Source of the DNA: an uncultured Clostridia bacterium
Lineage (GTDB): Bacteria; Bacillota; Clostridia; Oscillospirales; Acutalibacteraceae
Length of the DNA: 64,000 nt
Direction: 5' to 3'
NCBI GenBank assembly: GCA_947632385.1
Contig: CANRPD010000004.1
Span: 190 to 64,189 of the forward strand
A program made the translations under genes and the position numbers. Of this stretch, positions 16,657 through 26,071 are shown one piece after another. Under the pieces are notes generated by a model that was given only the letters and a program-made list of their open reading frames with translations, was not told the origin of the DNA and did no database searches. Numbering within the stretch: position 1 is the stretch's first letter; every line of letters begins with the position of its first letter.

Positions 16657-16667
16657 GGAACCTATGA

Positions 16668-18293
16668 TCAAGGGGTGGGGGGATCTTTGCGAACGATCCA
16701 GCACACCAGGCCCAGCACCAGCAGCCCGATGCCAAAGCCGATCCCGGCGCCCAGGAGGGTGCGGATGACGGAGAGCAGGACCGGAGTGAAGGTGTGGCAC
16801 AGGGTGTTCACCACCGACACGGAGCCCACCAGCGCCAAAACCCCTGCGGGCAGGGCCAGAATGGGGATCCTGCGGGCGCACAGGGCCACGTAGGCGGCCA
16901 GGGCGGGGAAGGCCAGCAGCATTTCCTTGCTCCGCGGCCGGGCATAGAGGGTCTGTTCCAGCCAGGTGCGGGCGGCCAGCTCTGCCTGCGCCACGGGGAG
17001 CATGTTGTCCCCCGAACGCAGCAGCACCAGCACCAGCGCGCCGGCAGCGATGACAAGGATCAGCAGAATGAGGCCCACAGGCAGCTTTCGGATGTGTTCG
17101 GCGGGATAGGCGCGCAGGGTGGCAAACAGCAGCCCGGCGCCCACCAGCAGCGGCAGGGCCTGGGCCAGCTTCACTCCGGTGAACACCCCAAAGCCCAGCA
17201 GGTAATACCGGGTGCCCAGCAGAGCGGCCACCGTCATGCCGCCCACCAGGGAGATGCCCAAAAGCTCTGCCAGCAGCAAAAAACATTGCAAAGCAAGATT
17301 ATTCGTTTTCCCGCCCGTCTTCCAGGTACGGCACAGCAGCAGGGCCGCAAAGCACGGGGTCAGAACCGCCGTTCCAAAGGCGGCCAGCGTCTGCATCTGC
17401 CGGGGCAGCAGGATGGAACCGCCCAGGGCCACTGCGGTTTCGCCGACCAACAAAACGGTCTGCCAGAGAGGCGGCACCGGGAACAGAAACAGCAGGAACA
17501 GCACCAGCAGTGTCCCAGGGAACAGCACAGCCCCTCCCAGCAGGTAGCGGTTCAGGGTGGGAGCCGACAGGCAGGAGAACGTGTCGCCAAAAGACAATCC
17601 CCGGGCTTCGATGCGCTCTTTGAGCCCCTGCAGCATATCCGCATAGACTGCCGGGTCGGCCACCACGCCGCCGCCCTCTTTTTCCAGGGGCGTGACGATC
17701 ACCAGCCGCATGGAGCGGTCTGTGACGGCGCGAAACAGGATGTTTTCGCTCTCACAGGCGGGTTCCGCAGGCTCATAGTGGAAGCTGTACGCATCGTACA
17801 TGTAGAGGGTTTTGACCATGGGACCGGGCCAGATCTCCGGATCGAAGGATGCAGGCGCGATGGCCCCGGTCCGGGTGTAGTTTTCCACCAAGGCCACCGG
17901 GACCGATGGATCCCCGGTGTAGTCCCCAGGGGACGGATAGCCTTTGAAGCCCCGGTCCGGCGCGGTCGGCAGCAGGAAGGCGTCCCCCGGACAGGCAGCG
18001 GTCCCTTCCCGTGCGGTCTGCAGGCCGGCGGAGCGGGCCAGAGGCGCGGATTCCGCTTCATCGGCGTCGGTGAAGACCAGGAACCCCACTCCGGCGCTGC
18101 GCAGGTCTGCGAGCCATTGCGCCGGGGAGCGGCCGTCGGTTTCCCCCAGCAGCTGCACGTCGGTATAACGGATCGCAGCGGCCACGTTTTGAGAGGCGGT
18201 TTCGGCCGAGACCCGGCCGAACAACAGGGCGAGCGTACAGAGGAGGCCCGTCAGCAAGACGGGCCAGATCCAAAGCACCGGTCGTTTCTTCAT
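16668..18293 (-). CDS. DUF5693-like membrane protein
   Basis: N-terminal TM helix, extracytoplasmic domain, multi-TM C-terminus with FTGVKLAQALP, RPRSKEMLLAFP, VVNTLCHTFTP. Confidence 0.7.
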   Translation of the reverse strand: MKKRPVLWIWPVLLTGLLCTLALLFGRVSAETASQNVAAAIRYTDVQLLGETDGRSPAQWLADLRSAGVGFLVFTDADEAESAPLARSAGLQTAREGTAACPGDAFLLPTAPDRGFKGYPSPGDYTGDPSVPVALVENYTRTGAIAPASFDPEIWPGPMVKTLYMYDAYSFHYEPAEPACESENILFRAVTDRSMRLVIVTPLEKEGGGVVADPAVYADMLQGLKERIEARGLSFGDTFSCLSAPTLNRYLLGGAVLFPGTLLVLFLLFLFPVPPLWQTVLLVGETAVALGGSILLPRQMQTLAAFGTAVLTPCFAALLLCRTWKTGGKTNNLALQCFLLLAELLGISLVGGMTVAALLGTRYYLLGFGVFTGVKLAQALPLLVGAGLLFATLRAYPAEHIRKLPVGLILLILVIAAGALVLVLLRSGDNMLPVAQAELAARTWLEQTLYARPRSKEMLLAFPALAAYVALCARRIPILALPAGVLALVGSVSVVNTLCHTFTPVLLSVIRTLLGAGIGFGIGLLVLGLVCWIVRKDPPTP

Positions 18294-18311
18294 GGAGAGC
18301 TCCTTTCCGGG

Positions 18312-19802
18312 TCAGTGTTCGCGCTTTTTTGCGGGCCAGAAGCCTGCCAGGGGCAGGTAGAGGAGGAGTCCAGCCAGGCCCAGGGCCCCGCATTTGAGCA
18401 CCAACAGGGCTTTGCTGTCTCCAGGGGACACCAGCAGACGGGCGGCAAACACGCAGCCGCTGTACAGCACGGCGCTGAGCAGGAGACTGCGCGCCCACCG
18501 CAACGGGTGGAGCACGCCTTTCCGGCCTTTGAGGAAGGCGGCCAACAGGGCGATGCCCCCTGCCGTCAGCAGGAGAGCAGTGCCTGCGGCCAGAGCGCCC
18601 GGCGTGGGCAGGAGGCGGGTCAGGAGAAGATCCAACAGGAAGTTCCCGGCCAGCACCGCCAGGTTCACCATCAGCGGGACGCGGGTGTTCTGCATGGCGT
18701 AGTACGCTTTGGCCAGCAGGTCCAGCAGGGCAAAGCCCACCATGCCCAGGGCATACCGTGCAAATACCTCCCCGGTGAGGGCAGTGGAGAGTTGATCGAA
18801 GCTGCCCCCTTCGAACAGGACCCGAATGATGGGGACTCCGAAGGCCGAGAACAAGGCGGTCAAGGGCAGCAGGAGGAAGACGGTGTTCTCCACCACGGTT
18901 CCCACGTAGGAACGGTATTCGCTATCAGACATGGCGGTGTATTTTTCGCTCCATTTGGGGAACATCACCGCCCCGATGGAATAGATCAGCGTGGTGGTGA
19001 CGGGGGTGAACAGCTTGTCGGCGTAATAGAAGGCAGAGGGGACGCCCTCGCCAAAGGGAGCTGCCAGGGCGGTATCGGTGAGGTAGCAGAAGAGAAAGAT
19101 CGCCGTTGTGAACGCGGTGACAACAGCCGTGCGAAAGAACAGGGGCAGATAGGGGGCTTTCAGGTCCAGACGGAACCGGAAGGCGTAGTGTTCCTTCCAA
19201 AAATAGGGGACCGTCATGGCGAACTGCAGCAGCCAGGCTGCGCTGGAGACCACGGCAAAGGTCCACAGGCTCATATGGGGGCCGAAAAACAGCAGCACCC
19301 CGCACAGTTCCAGGTTGAACAGGAGGCTGAGACTGCCCTGCAGCGAATAGTGGCCCATGGCCTGGAACAGGGCCATGAGCAGGTAGGTCGTCACGATCAG
19401 GGGCAGGGTGACCGCCATCACCGTGGCATATCCGCGAAAGCTCTGCGGATCGGCGGTGGAGGAGGGATCCAGTACCCCCAGAGCGATGCAGCAGAGCATC
19501 CCTGCCGTGACGACCAAGGAAAGCAGACCGTTCAGGGTGATGAGGGTGTTGGCCGTTTGAAAGGCTTCTTCCCGGCTGAGGGTGAGCTTTTGAGATAAAA
19601 TGGGCACGGCCGCCAGACAAAGGGCATAGGCCGCCGTGGTGAACAGGTAGATGGTCCCGTTGTTGGCGGCGGTGAACTGGTCCACCTGGGCGGTGGTGCC
19701 GAAGGCCCGCGCCTGCAGAATGTCCCGAAGCATGCCCAGGCCTTTGGCGAGCATGGTCAGCAAAGCGACCCAGGAAATGGCGCTGAACAGGGTCTTTTTC
19801 AT
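18312..19802 (-). CDS. murJ: MurJ/MviN-family lipid-linked precursor flippase
   Basis: KGLGMLRDILQARAFGT, YYADKL, FEGGSFD..STALT, KAYYAMQNTRVP. ATG at 19802. Confidence 0.85.
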   Translation of the reverse strand: MKKTLFSAISWVALLTMLAKGLGMLRDILQARAFGTTAQVDQFTAANNGTIYLFTTAAYALCLAAVPILSQKLTLSREEAFQTANTLITLNGLLSLVVTAGMLCCIALGVLDPSSTADPQSFRGYATVMAVTLPLIVTTYLLMALFQAMGHYSLQGSLSLLFNLELCGVLLFFGPHMSLWTFAVVSSAAWLLQFAMTVPYFWKEHYAFRFRLDLKAPYLPLFFRTAVVTAFTTAIFLFCYLTDTALAAPFGEGVPSAFYYADKLFTPVTTTLIYSIGAVMFPKWSEKYTAMSDSEYRSYVGTVVENTVFLLLPLTALFSAFGVPIIRVLFEGGSFDQLSTALTGEVFARYALGMVGFALLDLLAKAYYAMQNTRVPLMVNLAVLAGNFLLDLLLTRLLPTPGALAAGTALLLTAGGIALLAAFLKGRKGVLHPLRWARSLLLSAVLYSGCVFAARLLVSPGDSKALLVLKCGALGLAGLLLYLPLAGFWPAKKREH

Positions 19803-21115
19803 GCGATCGCTCCTTTCGGGGAGGCCGGGGATTCGCCGGTGAAGCGCCGGGCATAGAGCAGGGTCAGGGCGAAGTAGAAGCCGGAGGTGACGCTGAACAG
19901 CGTGTGTCCTGCCAGGCACAGGTAGCCCACCGCCAGTCCCAGGGACAGCACACAGCACCAGGCCCGCAGGTCCAGGCGGCGGAACAGACCCCGCAGGAAC
20001 AGCACTCCCTGGGATGCGTACACCCAACAAAGCGCTGCGCCGCCCGGCAGGCCGTAGTACAAAAAGATCTCGGCCAGGTCCATTTCAACGACGGTGGCTT
20101 GTGTGCCCCGGCCCAGCCCAAAGAGCAGGGACTGGGGCAGAGCAGCCTGAAATTCCCGCCATGTCGCGAGGAGCTTGGTCGTTCGCCCGCTGAGCAGGGC
20201 GGTCTCTACGCCGGAGGCTTCGATATATTCCCCCGTGAAGGTCAGCGAACCGTACACTGAACCCACCAGTGAGGAGCCGATCAACAGGGAAAACAGGCCA
20301 AAAAGGAACCCGGAGGCAAGCAAAAACAGCCCGAAACGGGCAAGTTCCTGCACCGCTTTCGTGCGGAAAAAGCGCACCAGTGTCCAACCGCCCACCCCGA
20401 CCAGGGTGACCCCCAGCGCCAGGAACGTGGTCTTGGTGCCCAGCACCAGCATGGCGTTGAGGCCCATGGAGGCGGAAAGCAGGGGGAGGAGCCCTCCCGG
20501 AGCAGTGAGCCGGGGCGCCGTGAGCAGGCTGCACAGGGTCAAGGGCAGCAGCAAGAGCATCAGGGCGGCGGCGTCGTTTCCGGAAAAGAACAGGCCCCGA
20601 CAGCCCCGCAGGCCCATGGGATCGGCATAGGTGTAGAAACCGACGCCGCAGAGGAAGGGCACCAGGATGCCCAAGCTCGCCGCCAGCAGCGTCCAGGAGA
20701 AGAGCAAGTCCACCCGGAATCGGTCGCTGTCCGAGACAAAGAGATGGGAAAAGGCAAAAAAGGAGGCGATATTCAAGGCAAAACGGGCGATATAGGAAAC
20801 GTCCTCCCGGAGGGCAAAGGGCTTTCCGGAAAGCAGTTCTCCCCCCACGGACAGGACAAAGGCGGCCAGGACCAGCGCTCCAGCCAACAGGGCGGGACGG
20901 TCCCGCAGGAAAAGCAGCCCCACGGCCATGCCGGCCAGCATGGCCAGCCGCACGAACATACTGATGCTGACCGTCGGCATCTCGACGATCTGGAAGCTGC
21001 CCATCATCCCGCTGCCGCCGTTGAGCAGATAGATCTGCAGGCCGCTGAGGATGTCCAACAGGGGATTGACCGCCAGGAAGATCCACAGCAGGCGCGTCCA
21101 AATGAACTTGTGCAA
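19799..21115 (-). CDS. O-antigen ligase/polymerase (Wzy/WaaL-like) family membrane protein
   Basis: TTG start with GGAGA RBS, ~11 TM helices, motifs GLFFSGND, LGTKT, LLSGR, EMDLAEIFLYYG. Confidence 0.75.
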   Translation of the reverse strand: MHKFIWTRLLWIFLAVNPLLDILSGLQIYLLNGGSGMMGSFQIVEMPTVSISMFVRLAMLAGMAVGLLFLRDRPALLAGALVLAAFVLSVGGELLSGKPFALREDVSYIARFALNIASFFAFSHLFVSDSDRFRVDLLFSWTLLAASLGILVPFLCGVGFYTYADPMGLRGCRGLFFSGNDAAALMLLLLPLTLCSLLTAPRLTAPGGLLPLLSASMGLNAMLVLGTKTTFLALGVTLVGVGGWTLVRFFRTKAVQELARFGLFLLASGFLFGLFSLLIGSSLVGSVYGSLTFTGEYIEASGVETALLSGRTTKLLATWREFQAALPQSLLFGLGRGTQATVVEMDLAEIFLYYGLPGGAALCWVYASQGVLFLRGLFRRLDLRAWCCVLSLGLAVGYLCLAGHTLFSVTSGFYFALTLLYARRFTGESPASPKGAIA

Positions 21116-21173
21116 AAGCCCATCTCCGTTTCTTCGGGCGAGCACCCGACGCAAAAAAGAATATATCCAGTTT

Positions 21174-21202
21174 ATTCTACCACGAACCGGCGGTAGATTC
21201 AA
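21174..21202 (-). promoter_or_regulatory. SigmaA-type promoter for the ligase-murJ-DUF5693 operon, inside the element
   Basis: Minus strand TTGAAT-17 bp-TAGAAT with an extended -10 TGn. Confidence 0.7.
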
Positions 21203-21268
21203 GTAGCTGTCCCAAAAAGGCACTTTTGGCGATCCACCGCCCTTTGTGCAGGTCTTTCTCGCCCCCGT

Positions 21269-21769
21269 ATGTTCGTGCCGATGATCATAGGAGAGGTGCG
21301 GCGGTTCTTGCGGGACAACAACCCCGTCCGGGTGAGCCGTTCCATGCGGGACACGGCTTATAAGGCCATCCAGTGCCGGGAGCGCCTGACCAACGAGCAA
21401 GGCCGGGAACCTTCTGTGGAGGAGATCAGCGGGCAGCTGGGCATGCGGGCACAGGACGTGGTGGTAGCCCTGGAGGCCATCGTGGAGCCGGTGTCTCTGT
21501 ATGAGCCGGTGTTTTCCGATGGCGGGGACACCATCTATATCATGGATCAGGTGGGCGATGCCGACGGGGAAGGGAACTGGCTGGAGGAGATCGCCCTCAA
21601 ACAGGCCATTCGGCGGCTGAGCGACCGGGAAAAGCGGATCCTGTCCCTGCGCTTTTTGCAGGGCAAAACGCAGATGGACGTGGCCGGTGAGATCGGGATC
21701 TCTCAGGCACAGGTCTCCCGGCTGGAAAAGGGTGCCTTGGGGAAGATCAAACGGGAGATCCGCGCGTGA
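21269..21769 (+). CDS. sigG: 3' half of interrupted SigG (regions 2.4-4; SigG sequence resumes at 21275/21285)
   Basis: VPMIIGEVRRFLRDNNPVRVSRSMRD, VFSDGGDTIYIMDQV, GKTQMDVAGEIGISQAQVSRLEKGAL. Confidence 0.93.
   Translation: MFVPMIIGEVRRFLRDNNPVRVSRSMRDTAYKAIQCRERLTNEQGREPSVEEISGQLGMRAQDVVVALEAIVEPVSLYEPVFSDGGDTIYIMDQVGDADGEGNWLEEIALKQAIRRLSDREKRILSLRFLQGKTQMDVAGEIGISQAQVSRLEKGALGKIKREIRA
21275..21284 (+). other. attR core GTGCCGATGA
   Basis: Identical to 6339-6348; SigG homology resumes here. Confidence 0.88.
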
Positions 21770-21801
21770 ACTTCCCGCCGAAAACCGCAAAACCAAAAGA
21801 A

Positions 21802-21826
21802 AAAGAGACGACACCGTCGTCTCTTT
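21802..21826. terminator. Terminator after sigG
   Basis: AAAGAGACGAC-ACC-GTCGTCTCTTT. Confidence 0.7.
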
Positions 21827-21982
21827 CCTCTTGGACTCTGCTTAACTTCATGCACGTCGTTATTCTGATGAAGTAACAACATTGTAACATGTCTTGAGCC
21901 GGTTGTCAATCGCCAATTTTAGGGAATTGTTTTGAAATAAAGAATAAAAATAGTTGGAATATTTTCCATTCGTTGCCAAAAT

Positions 21983-22768
21983 TCAAGCGACAGCGGCCCC
22001 GTCCAAACGCAGTGTGAAGGACCCGTCCTTCTGGAAAGTCAGGCTGCCGTCCTCATAGAAGATCGCACCCAGGCCGCTGCGCCACTTGGAGCACCGAAAG
22101 TCGATGGAACCGTCTGTGACGCGGGTCTCTTCCAGGGTGAAGAGCACCCCGTCCTCCCAGTAGAGTTCCCCGTCGTCGATATACCCCTGTTCCGCCAGTT
22201 CCTCGTAGGTGCCGAACACCGCCGTCTTGCCCAGGGATTGGCTGAAAAGAGAACCGAGGATCTGGGCCTCCTGGCCGCTCAAGGTAGAGAGGCCGGTGAA
22301 ATCGAACCCAAAATAGTCTGCGCCGTCGTTGAGGCCGGGGTCCTCCTCCCACAGGGCCGTGAGTACCGCGAGCCACGCGCCGTAGTCGTCGTTGCCCGTC
22401 TCTTTCAGGGTCACGTCCTGGGCGGTGATCTGCGCCGGATAGGTCTCCCGCAATTCGCCGTCGAAGGTCACCTCCACCGTGTCTCCTGGGGTGATTTTGC
22501 TCCCCTCCGGCAAAGTGCAGGTGAAGGGCTCGCCGCTCTCCGTAAAGTACGCCAGCACGGAGATACTGTCGCCCGCCCGGTACGATTCCAGCACCTTGGC
22601 CGTCTGCACCACCACCGGCGGCGCCGTGGGTGTTTCCGTAGGTGCCTCTGTCGGCCCGGAGGAAAGTTCCAGACTGGGGACGGGGCTGCTTGCGCCGCGG
22701 CCGCCGGTGCAGGCGGTGAGCATACACAGGGCGCAGAGCATCGCCGCAAGGGTTTTTGCGCGTTTCAT
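21983..22768 (-). CDS. Hypothetical lipoprotein
   Basis: Signal peptide with lipobox LTAC, AGGAGG RBS. Confidence 0.75.
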   Translation of the reverse strand: MKRAKTLAAMLCALCMLTACTGGRGASSPVPSLELSSGPTEAPTETPTAPPVVVQTAKVLESYRAGDSISVLAYFTESGEPFTCTLPEGSKITPGDTVEVTFDGELRETYPAQITAQDVTLKETGNDDYGAWLAVLTALWEEDPGLNDGADYFGFDFTGLSTLSGQEAQILGSLFSQSLGKTAVFGTYEELAEQGYIDDGELYWEDGVLFTLEETRVTDGSIDFRCSKWRSGLGAIFYEDGSLTFQKDGSFTLRLDGAAVA

Positions 22769-22796
22769 GGGACGCCTCCTTTTTGGGCCGATTGCC

Positions 22797-23330
22797 TTAC
22801 CGGCAGAAGTCGTTTAAGTACCGGTCCAGACTCTCGCCGATGATGCGCCTGGCCTCGCCTGCGTTCTGCACCTGGCTGATGGCGGTCTCCTTGCCGGTCT
22901 CCAGCTGCTTGTACACGGCGAAGAAATGCCGCATCTCGTCGAAGATGTGTTCCGGCAGCTCGATGATGTCGTGATAGGAATTGTAGGTAGGATCGTCAAA
23001 GGGAATGGCGATGATCTTTTCGTCATCCTTGCCGCCGTCGTCCATGATGATGACCCCGATGGGATAGCAGTGGACCAGGGACATGGGGACGATGGTCTCC
23101 GAACAGAGCACCAGCACGTCCAGCGGGTCCCCGTCGTTGGCATAGGTGCGGGGGATAAACCCGTAGTTTGCCGGGTAGTGCGTGGAGGTGTACAGCACGC
23201 GGTCCAGCCGGAGCAGGCCGGTCTCCTTGTCCATCTCATACTTGGTCTTGCCGCCCTTGGGGATCTCGATCACGGCAAAGAAATCGTCATCCCGGATGCG
23301 TTTGGGGTTGATGTCGTGCCAGATATTCAT
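22797..23330 (-). CDS. ppa: Soluble inorganic pyrophosphatase (family I)
   Basis: EIPKG..KYE, YPANYGFIPRT, DGDPLDVLV, DEKIIAIP. Confidence 0.95.
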   Translation of the reverse strand: MNIWHDINPKRIRDDDFFAVIEIPKGGKTKYEMDKETGLLRLDRVLYTSTHYPANYGFIPRTYANDGDPLDVLVLCSETIVPMSLVHCYPIGVIIMDDGGKDDEKIIAIPFDDPTYNSYHDIIELPEHIFDEMRHFFAVYKQLETGKETAISQVQNAGEARRIIGESLDRYLNDFCR

Positions 23331-23466
23331 GATAAGGACCTCCTTGATTGATCGTCTTATTTTAGCACACCCCGGGCGGTTTTGCAACCGTTGGGGGCCC
23401 TTTTTTGCGGGTCGGGTTCTGTTCGCGCCGCGGGGCGCATACAGTGGACGGAAGGAGGATCCGCAC

Positions 23467-23763
23467 ATGAACTGCAGAATTGCCGAACTGCGCAACAAGG
23501 AAGTGATCAACGTGAGAGACGGCGGGCGCATCGGGTTCATCTCCGATGTGGAGCTGGATACTGTCAGTGCCCGGCTCACGGCGGTGGTGGTGTACGGGCG
23601 GTTCCGGCTGCTGGGGCTGCTGGGCCGGGAACCGGATCTGGTGATCCCCTGGCAGGAGATCACGCTCATCGGGGGAGATACCGTTTTGGTGGACTACGAG
23701 CTGCCTCCCGCCAAGCGCAAAGAGGGGTTTTGGAGCGCCCTTTGGACCAAATTGGGATTTTAA
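23467..23763 (+). CDS. ylmC: YlmC/YmxH family sporulation PRC-barrel protein
   Basis: [14 protein letters not shown]...DVELD, IPW..I..IG.D.VLV. Confidence 0.88.
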   Translation: MNCRIAELRNKEVINVRDGGRIGFISDVELDTVSARLTAVVVYGRFRLLGLLGREPDLVIPWQEITLIGGDTVLVDYELPPAKRKEGFWSALWTKLGF

Positions 23764-23798
23764 GGGCAAAAAAGCCCCGGATCGTGGGAAAAAATCCC

Positions 23799-23827
23799 TT
23801 GCTTTTGCAAAAGGGATATGCTATAAT
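23799..23827 (+). promoter_or_regulatory. SigmaA promoter of rpsB-tsf
   Basis: TTGCTT-17 bp-TATAAT with an extended -10. Confidence 0.75.
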
Positions 23828-23837
23828 ACTACAGCAA

Positions 23838-23918
23838 AACGCACGCTGCGCTTTCGGCCTGGTGCCCGGCATGCCGGGTTCTGCCCCGAAAAAACCAAGC
23901 GCGGCGGAGGAAAAACCA
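23838..23918 (+). promoter_or_regulatory. Probable rpsB (S2) autoregulatory leader RNA
   Basis: Structured 5' UTR with CACGC..GGTGC..GGAGGAAAAACC, resembling Firmicutes S2 leaders. Confidence 0.5.
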
Positions 23919-23933
23919 AGGAGGTTTTTTAAC

Positions 23934-24698
23934 GTGGCAGTCGTATCTATGAAACAGCTTCTGGAGGCCGGCGTCCATTTCGGCCACCAGACCCGCAGAT
24001 GGAACCCGAAGATGGCTCCGTACATCTTCACCGAGCGCAACGGCATCTACATCATCGATCTGCAGAAGACGGTGAAGAAGATGGACGCGGCGTACAATTT
24101 TGTCCGCGACCTGGCGGCCGAGGGCAAGAACGTCCTGTTCGTGGGCACCAAGAAGCAGGCCCAGGAATCCATCAAGGATGAGGCCACCCGCGCCGGTGCG
24201 TACTATGTCAACGCCCGCTGGCTGGGCGGCATGCTCACCAACTTCACCACCATCCGCAAGCGCGTCCAGCGTCTGGCGCAGCTGCGCAAGATGGAAGAGG
24301 ACGGCACCTTTGAGCTGCTGCCCAAGAAGGAAGTGGCCAAGCTCCAGCTGGAGATCGAAAAGCTGGAAAGATATCTGGGCGGCATCAAGGATATGAAGGA
24401 GTTCCCCGGCGCCCTGTTCATCGTGGATCCCCGCAAGGAGCGCATCGCCGTGTCCGAGGCCCGCAAGCTGGGCATCCCCATCGTGGCCATCGTGGACACC
24501 AACTGCGACCCCGATGAGATCGATTACGTGATCCCCGGCAACGATGACGCCATCCGTGCGGTGAAGCTCATCGCCGGTTCCATGGCGGACGCCATCATCG
24601 AAGGCCGCGAGGGCCAGATGGGCGCCGCCGCTCAGGAGAGCGAAGGATCCGAAGAGGCCGATGCACCCGAGACCGACGAGGAGAACGGGGAAGAATAA
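23934..24698 (+). CDS. rpsB: 30S ribosomal protein S2
   Basis: [23 protein letters not shown]; GTG start after AGGAGG. Confidence 0.98.
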   Translation: MAVVSMKQLLEAGVHFGHQTRRWNPKMAPYIFTERNGIYIIDLQKTVKKMDAAYNFVRDLAAEGKNVLFVGTKKQAQESIKDEATRAGAYYVNARWLGGMLTNFTTIRKRVQRLAQLRKMEEDGTFELLPKKEVAKLQLEIEKLERYLGGIKDMKEFPGALFIVDPRKERIAVSEARKLGIPIVAIVDTNCDPDEIDYVIPGNDDAIRAVKLIAGSMADAIIEGREGQMGAAAQESEGSEEADAPETDEENGEE

Positions 24699-24743
24699 GG
24701 AAACAACGGGCACGGGCCCACGAGAAAGGAAGTTTCGAACAAC

Positions 24744-25658
24744 ATGAATTTTACTGCGAAAGATGTTGCCGCCCTGCGTGAAAAGACCGGCTGCGGCATG
24801 ATGGATTGCAAGAAGGCGCTGGCTGCTTCCGACGGCGACATGGACAAGGCCGTTGATTTCCTGCGGGAGAAGGGCCTGGCCGCTGCCGTGAAGAAGGCCG
24901 GCCGCATCGCCGCCGAGGGCGTGGCTTTTGCCGCCACCGATGAGACCGGCAAGGTGGCCGTGGCTATCGAGGTCAATGCCGAGACCGACTTCGTTGCCAA
25001 GAACGCCGAGTTCCAGGCTTTTGTCAAGACCTGCGCCGACACCGTGATCCACGAGGACCCTGCCGATGTGGAGGCTCTGCTGGCCACCAAGGCCTATGGC
25101 TCTGAGCAGACCGTGGATGAGCTCCTCAAGGAGAAGATACTCACCATCGGTGAGAACATCAAGGTCCGCCGGTTTGCCCGCCTGGAGGGCGCTGTCACCG
25201 CCTATGTCCACGGCGGCGGCCGCATCGGCGTCATCGCTCAGTTCGACACCACCCCGGAGATCGCCGCCACGGAGGGCTTCAAGACGTATGCCCACAACGT
25301 GGCCATGCAGATCGCCGCGCTGAATCCCGAGTTCCTGGACGAGGGCCATGTCCCGCCGGAGCGCAAGGAAAAGGAGAAGGCCATCCTCACCCAGCAGATC
25401 GTGGACGAGGGCAAGCCCGCCGCCATCGCCGAGAAGATCGTGGCCGGCCGCCTGAACAAGTTCTTCAAGGAGATCTGCCTGGTGGATCAGCAGTACGTCC
25501 AGGACAGCAAGCTCACCGTGGCCCAGTATACCGAGTCTGTGGCCAAAGAGCTGGGCGGTCCCATCCAGATCGCTGCGTACACCCGCTTTGAGAAGGGCGA
25601 GGGCCTGGAGAAGCGCGAGGAGAACTTCGCCGAAGAGATTGCCAAGATGGTCCAGTAA
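24744..25658 (+). CDS. tsf: Elongation factor Ts
   Basis: LREKTGCGMMDCKKAL, EVNAETDFVAKN. Confidence 0.98.
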   Translation: MNFTAKDVAALREKTGCGMMDCKKALAASDGDMDKAVDFLREKGLAAAVKKAGRIAAEGVAFAATDETGKVAVAIEVNAETDFVAKNAEFQAFVKTCADTVIHEDPADVEALLATKAYGSEQTVDELLKEKILTIGENIKVRRFARLEGAVTAYVHGGGRIGVIAQFDTTPEIAATEGFKTYAHNVAMQIAALNPEFLDEGHVPPERKEKEKAILTQQIVDEGKPAAIAEKIVAGRLNKFFKEICLVDQQYVQDSKLTVAQYTESVAKELGGPIQIAAYTRFEKGEGLEKREENFAEEIAKMVQ

Positions 25659-25677
25659 ATTTCCCAACAAACCACGA

Positions 25678-25704
25678 GGAGCCGCCCAACGGGCGGCTCC
25701 TTTT
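25678..25704 (+). terminator. Terminator after tsf
   Basis: GGAGCCGCCC-AAC-GGGCGGCTCC-TTTT. Confidence 0.8.
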
Positions 25705-25708
25705 CGTG

Positions 25709-26071
25709 TTATCCTTTCTTCCGGCGCACCGCTCCGGCGATCCATACCGTGAGCCCGGCGCTGAGGGCTTCGATCCCCAAATAGCAGACCAGGTAGAATC
25801 CGGTGTCCCCCCAGTCCATGCCGATGAGCGTCTTGGCCGACAGCAGGAACAGCCCCAAAAAGAGGACCGCATACCACCAGCGCTCCTTGGGCCGCAGCCC
25901 GGCGTAGATCCCCAGCCCCACCGCCGTGAGGGGGAAAAGCACCAGCAGCTCGATCACAAAGAAGGCAAAGGCGCCCGAGGGCGGCACCGTCCGCACGATC
26001 ATCAACGGCAGCACGGTGGCGGAGATCAGCGTCAAGCACAGGGGAGTGAGGGCCTTTTTCATGGGGATCAT
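25709..26071 (-). CDS. Small membrane protein (about 4 TM helices)
   Basis: Hydrophobic 120-aa ORF abutting the upstream Cys-rich gene. Confidence 0.65.
   Translation of the reverse strand: MIPMKKALTPLCLTLISATVLPLMIVRTVPPSGAFAFFVIELLVLFPLTAVGLGIYAGLRPKERWWYAVLFLGLFLLSAKTLIGMDWGDTGFYLVCYLGIEALSAGLTVWIAGAVRRKKG

Larger units (their letters stand above)
6339..21284 (+). mobile_element. sigG-intervening (skin-like) serine-recombinase element, 14,936 bp excisable
   Basis: Direct repeats GTGCCGATGA at both ends, a large serine recombinase next to attL, and in-frame reconstitution of sigG on excision. Confidence 0.9.

Noticed and set aside
6339-21284. Prophage or conjugative element (ICE)
   Set aside because: No capsid, terminase, tail, replication, relaxase or T4SS genes; only a recombinase and envelope cargo
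21269-21769. Independently translated C-terminal SigG fragment (split sigma working in trans)
   Set aside because: The ATG at 21269 has no Shine-Dalgarno sequence (upstream is TTTCTCGCCCCCGT) and no promoter faces it; DNA excision explains the locus more simply
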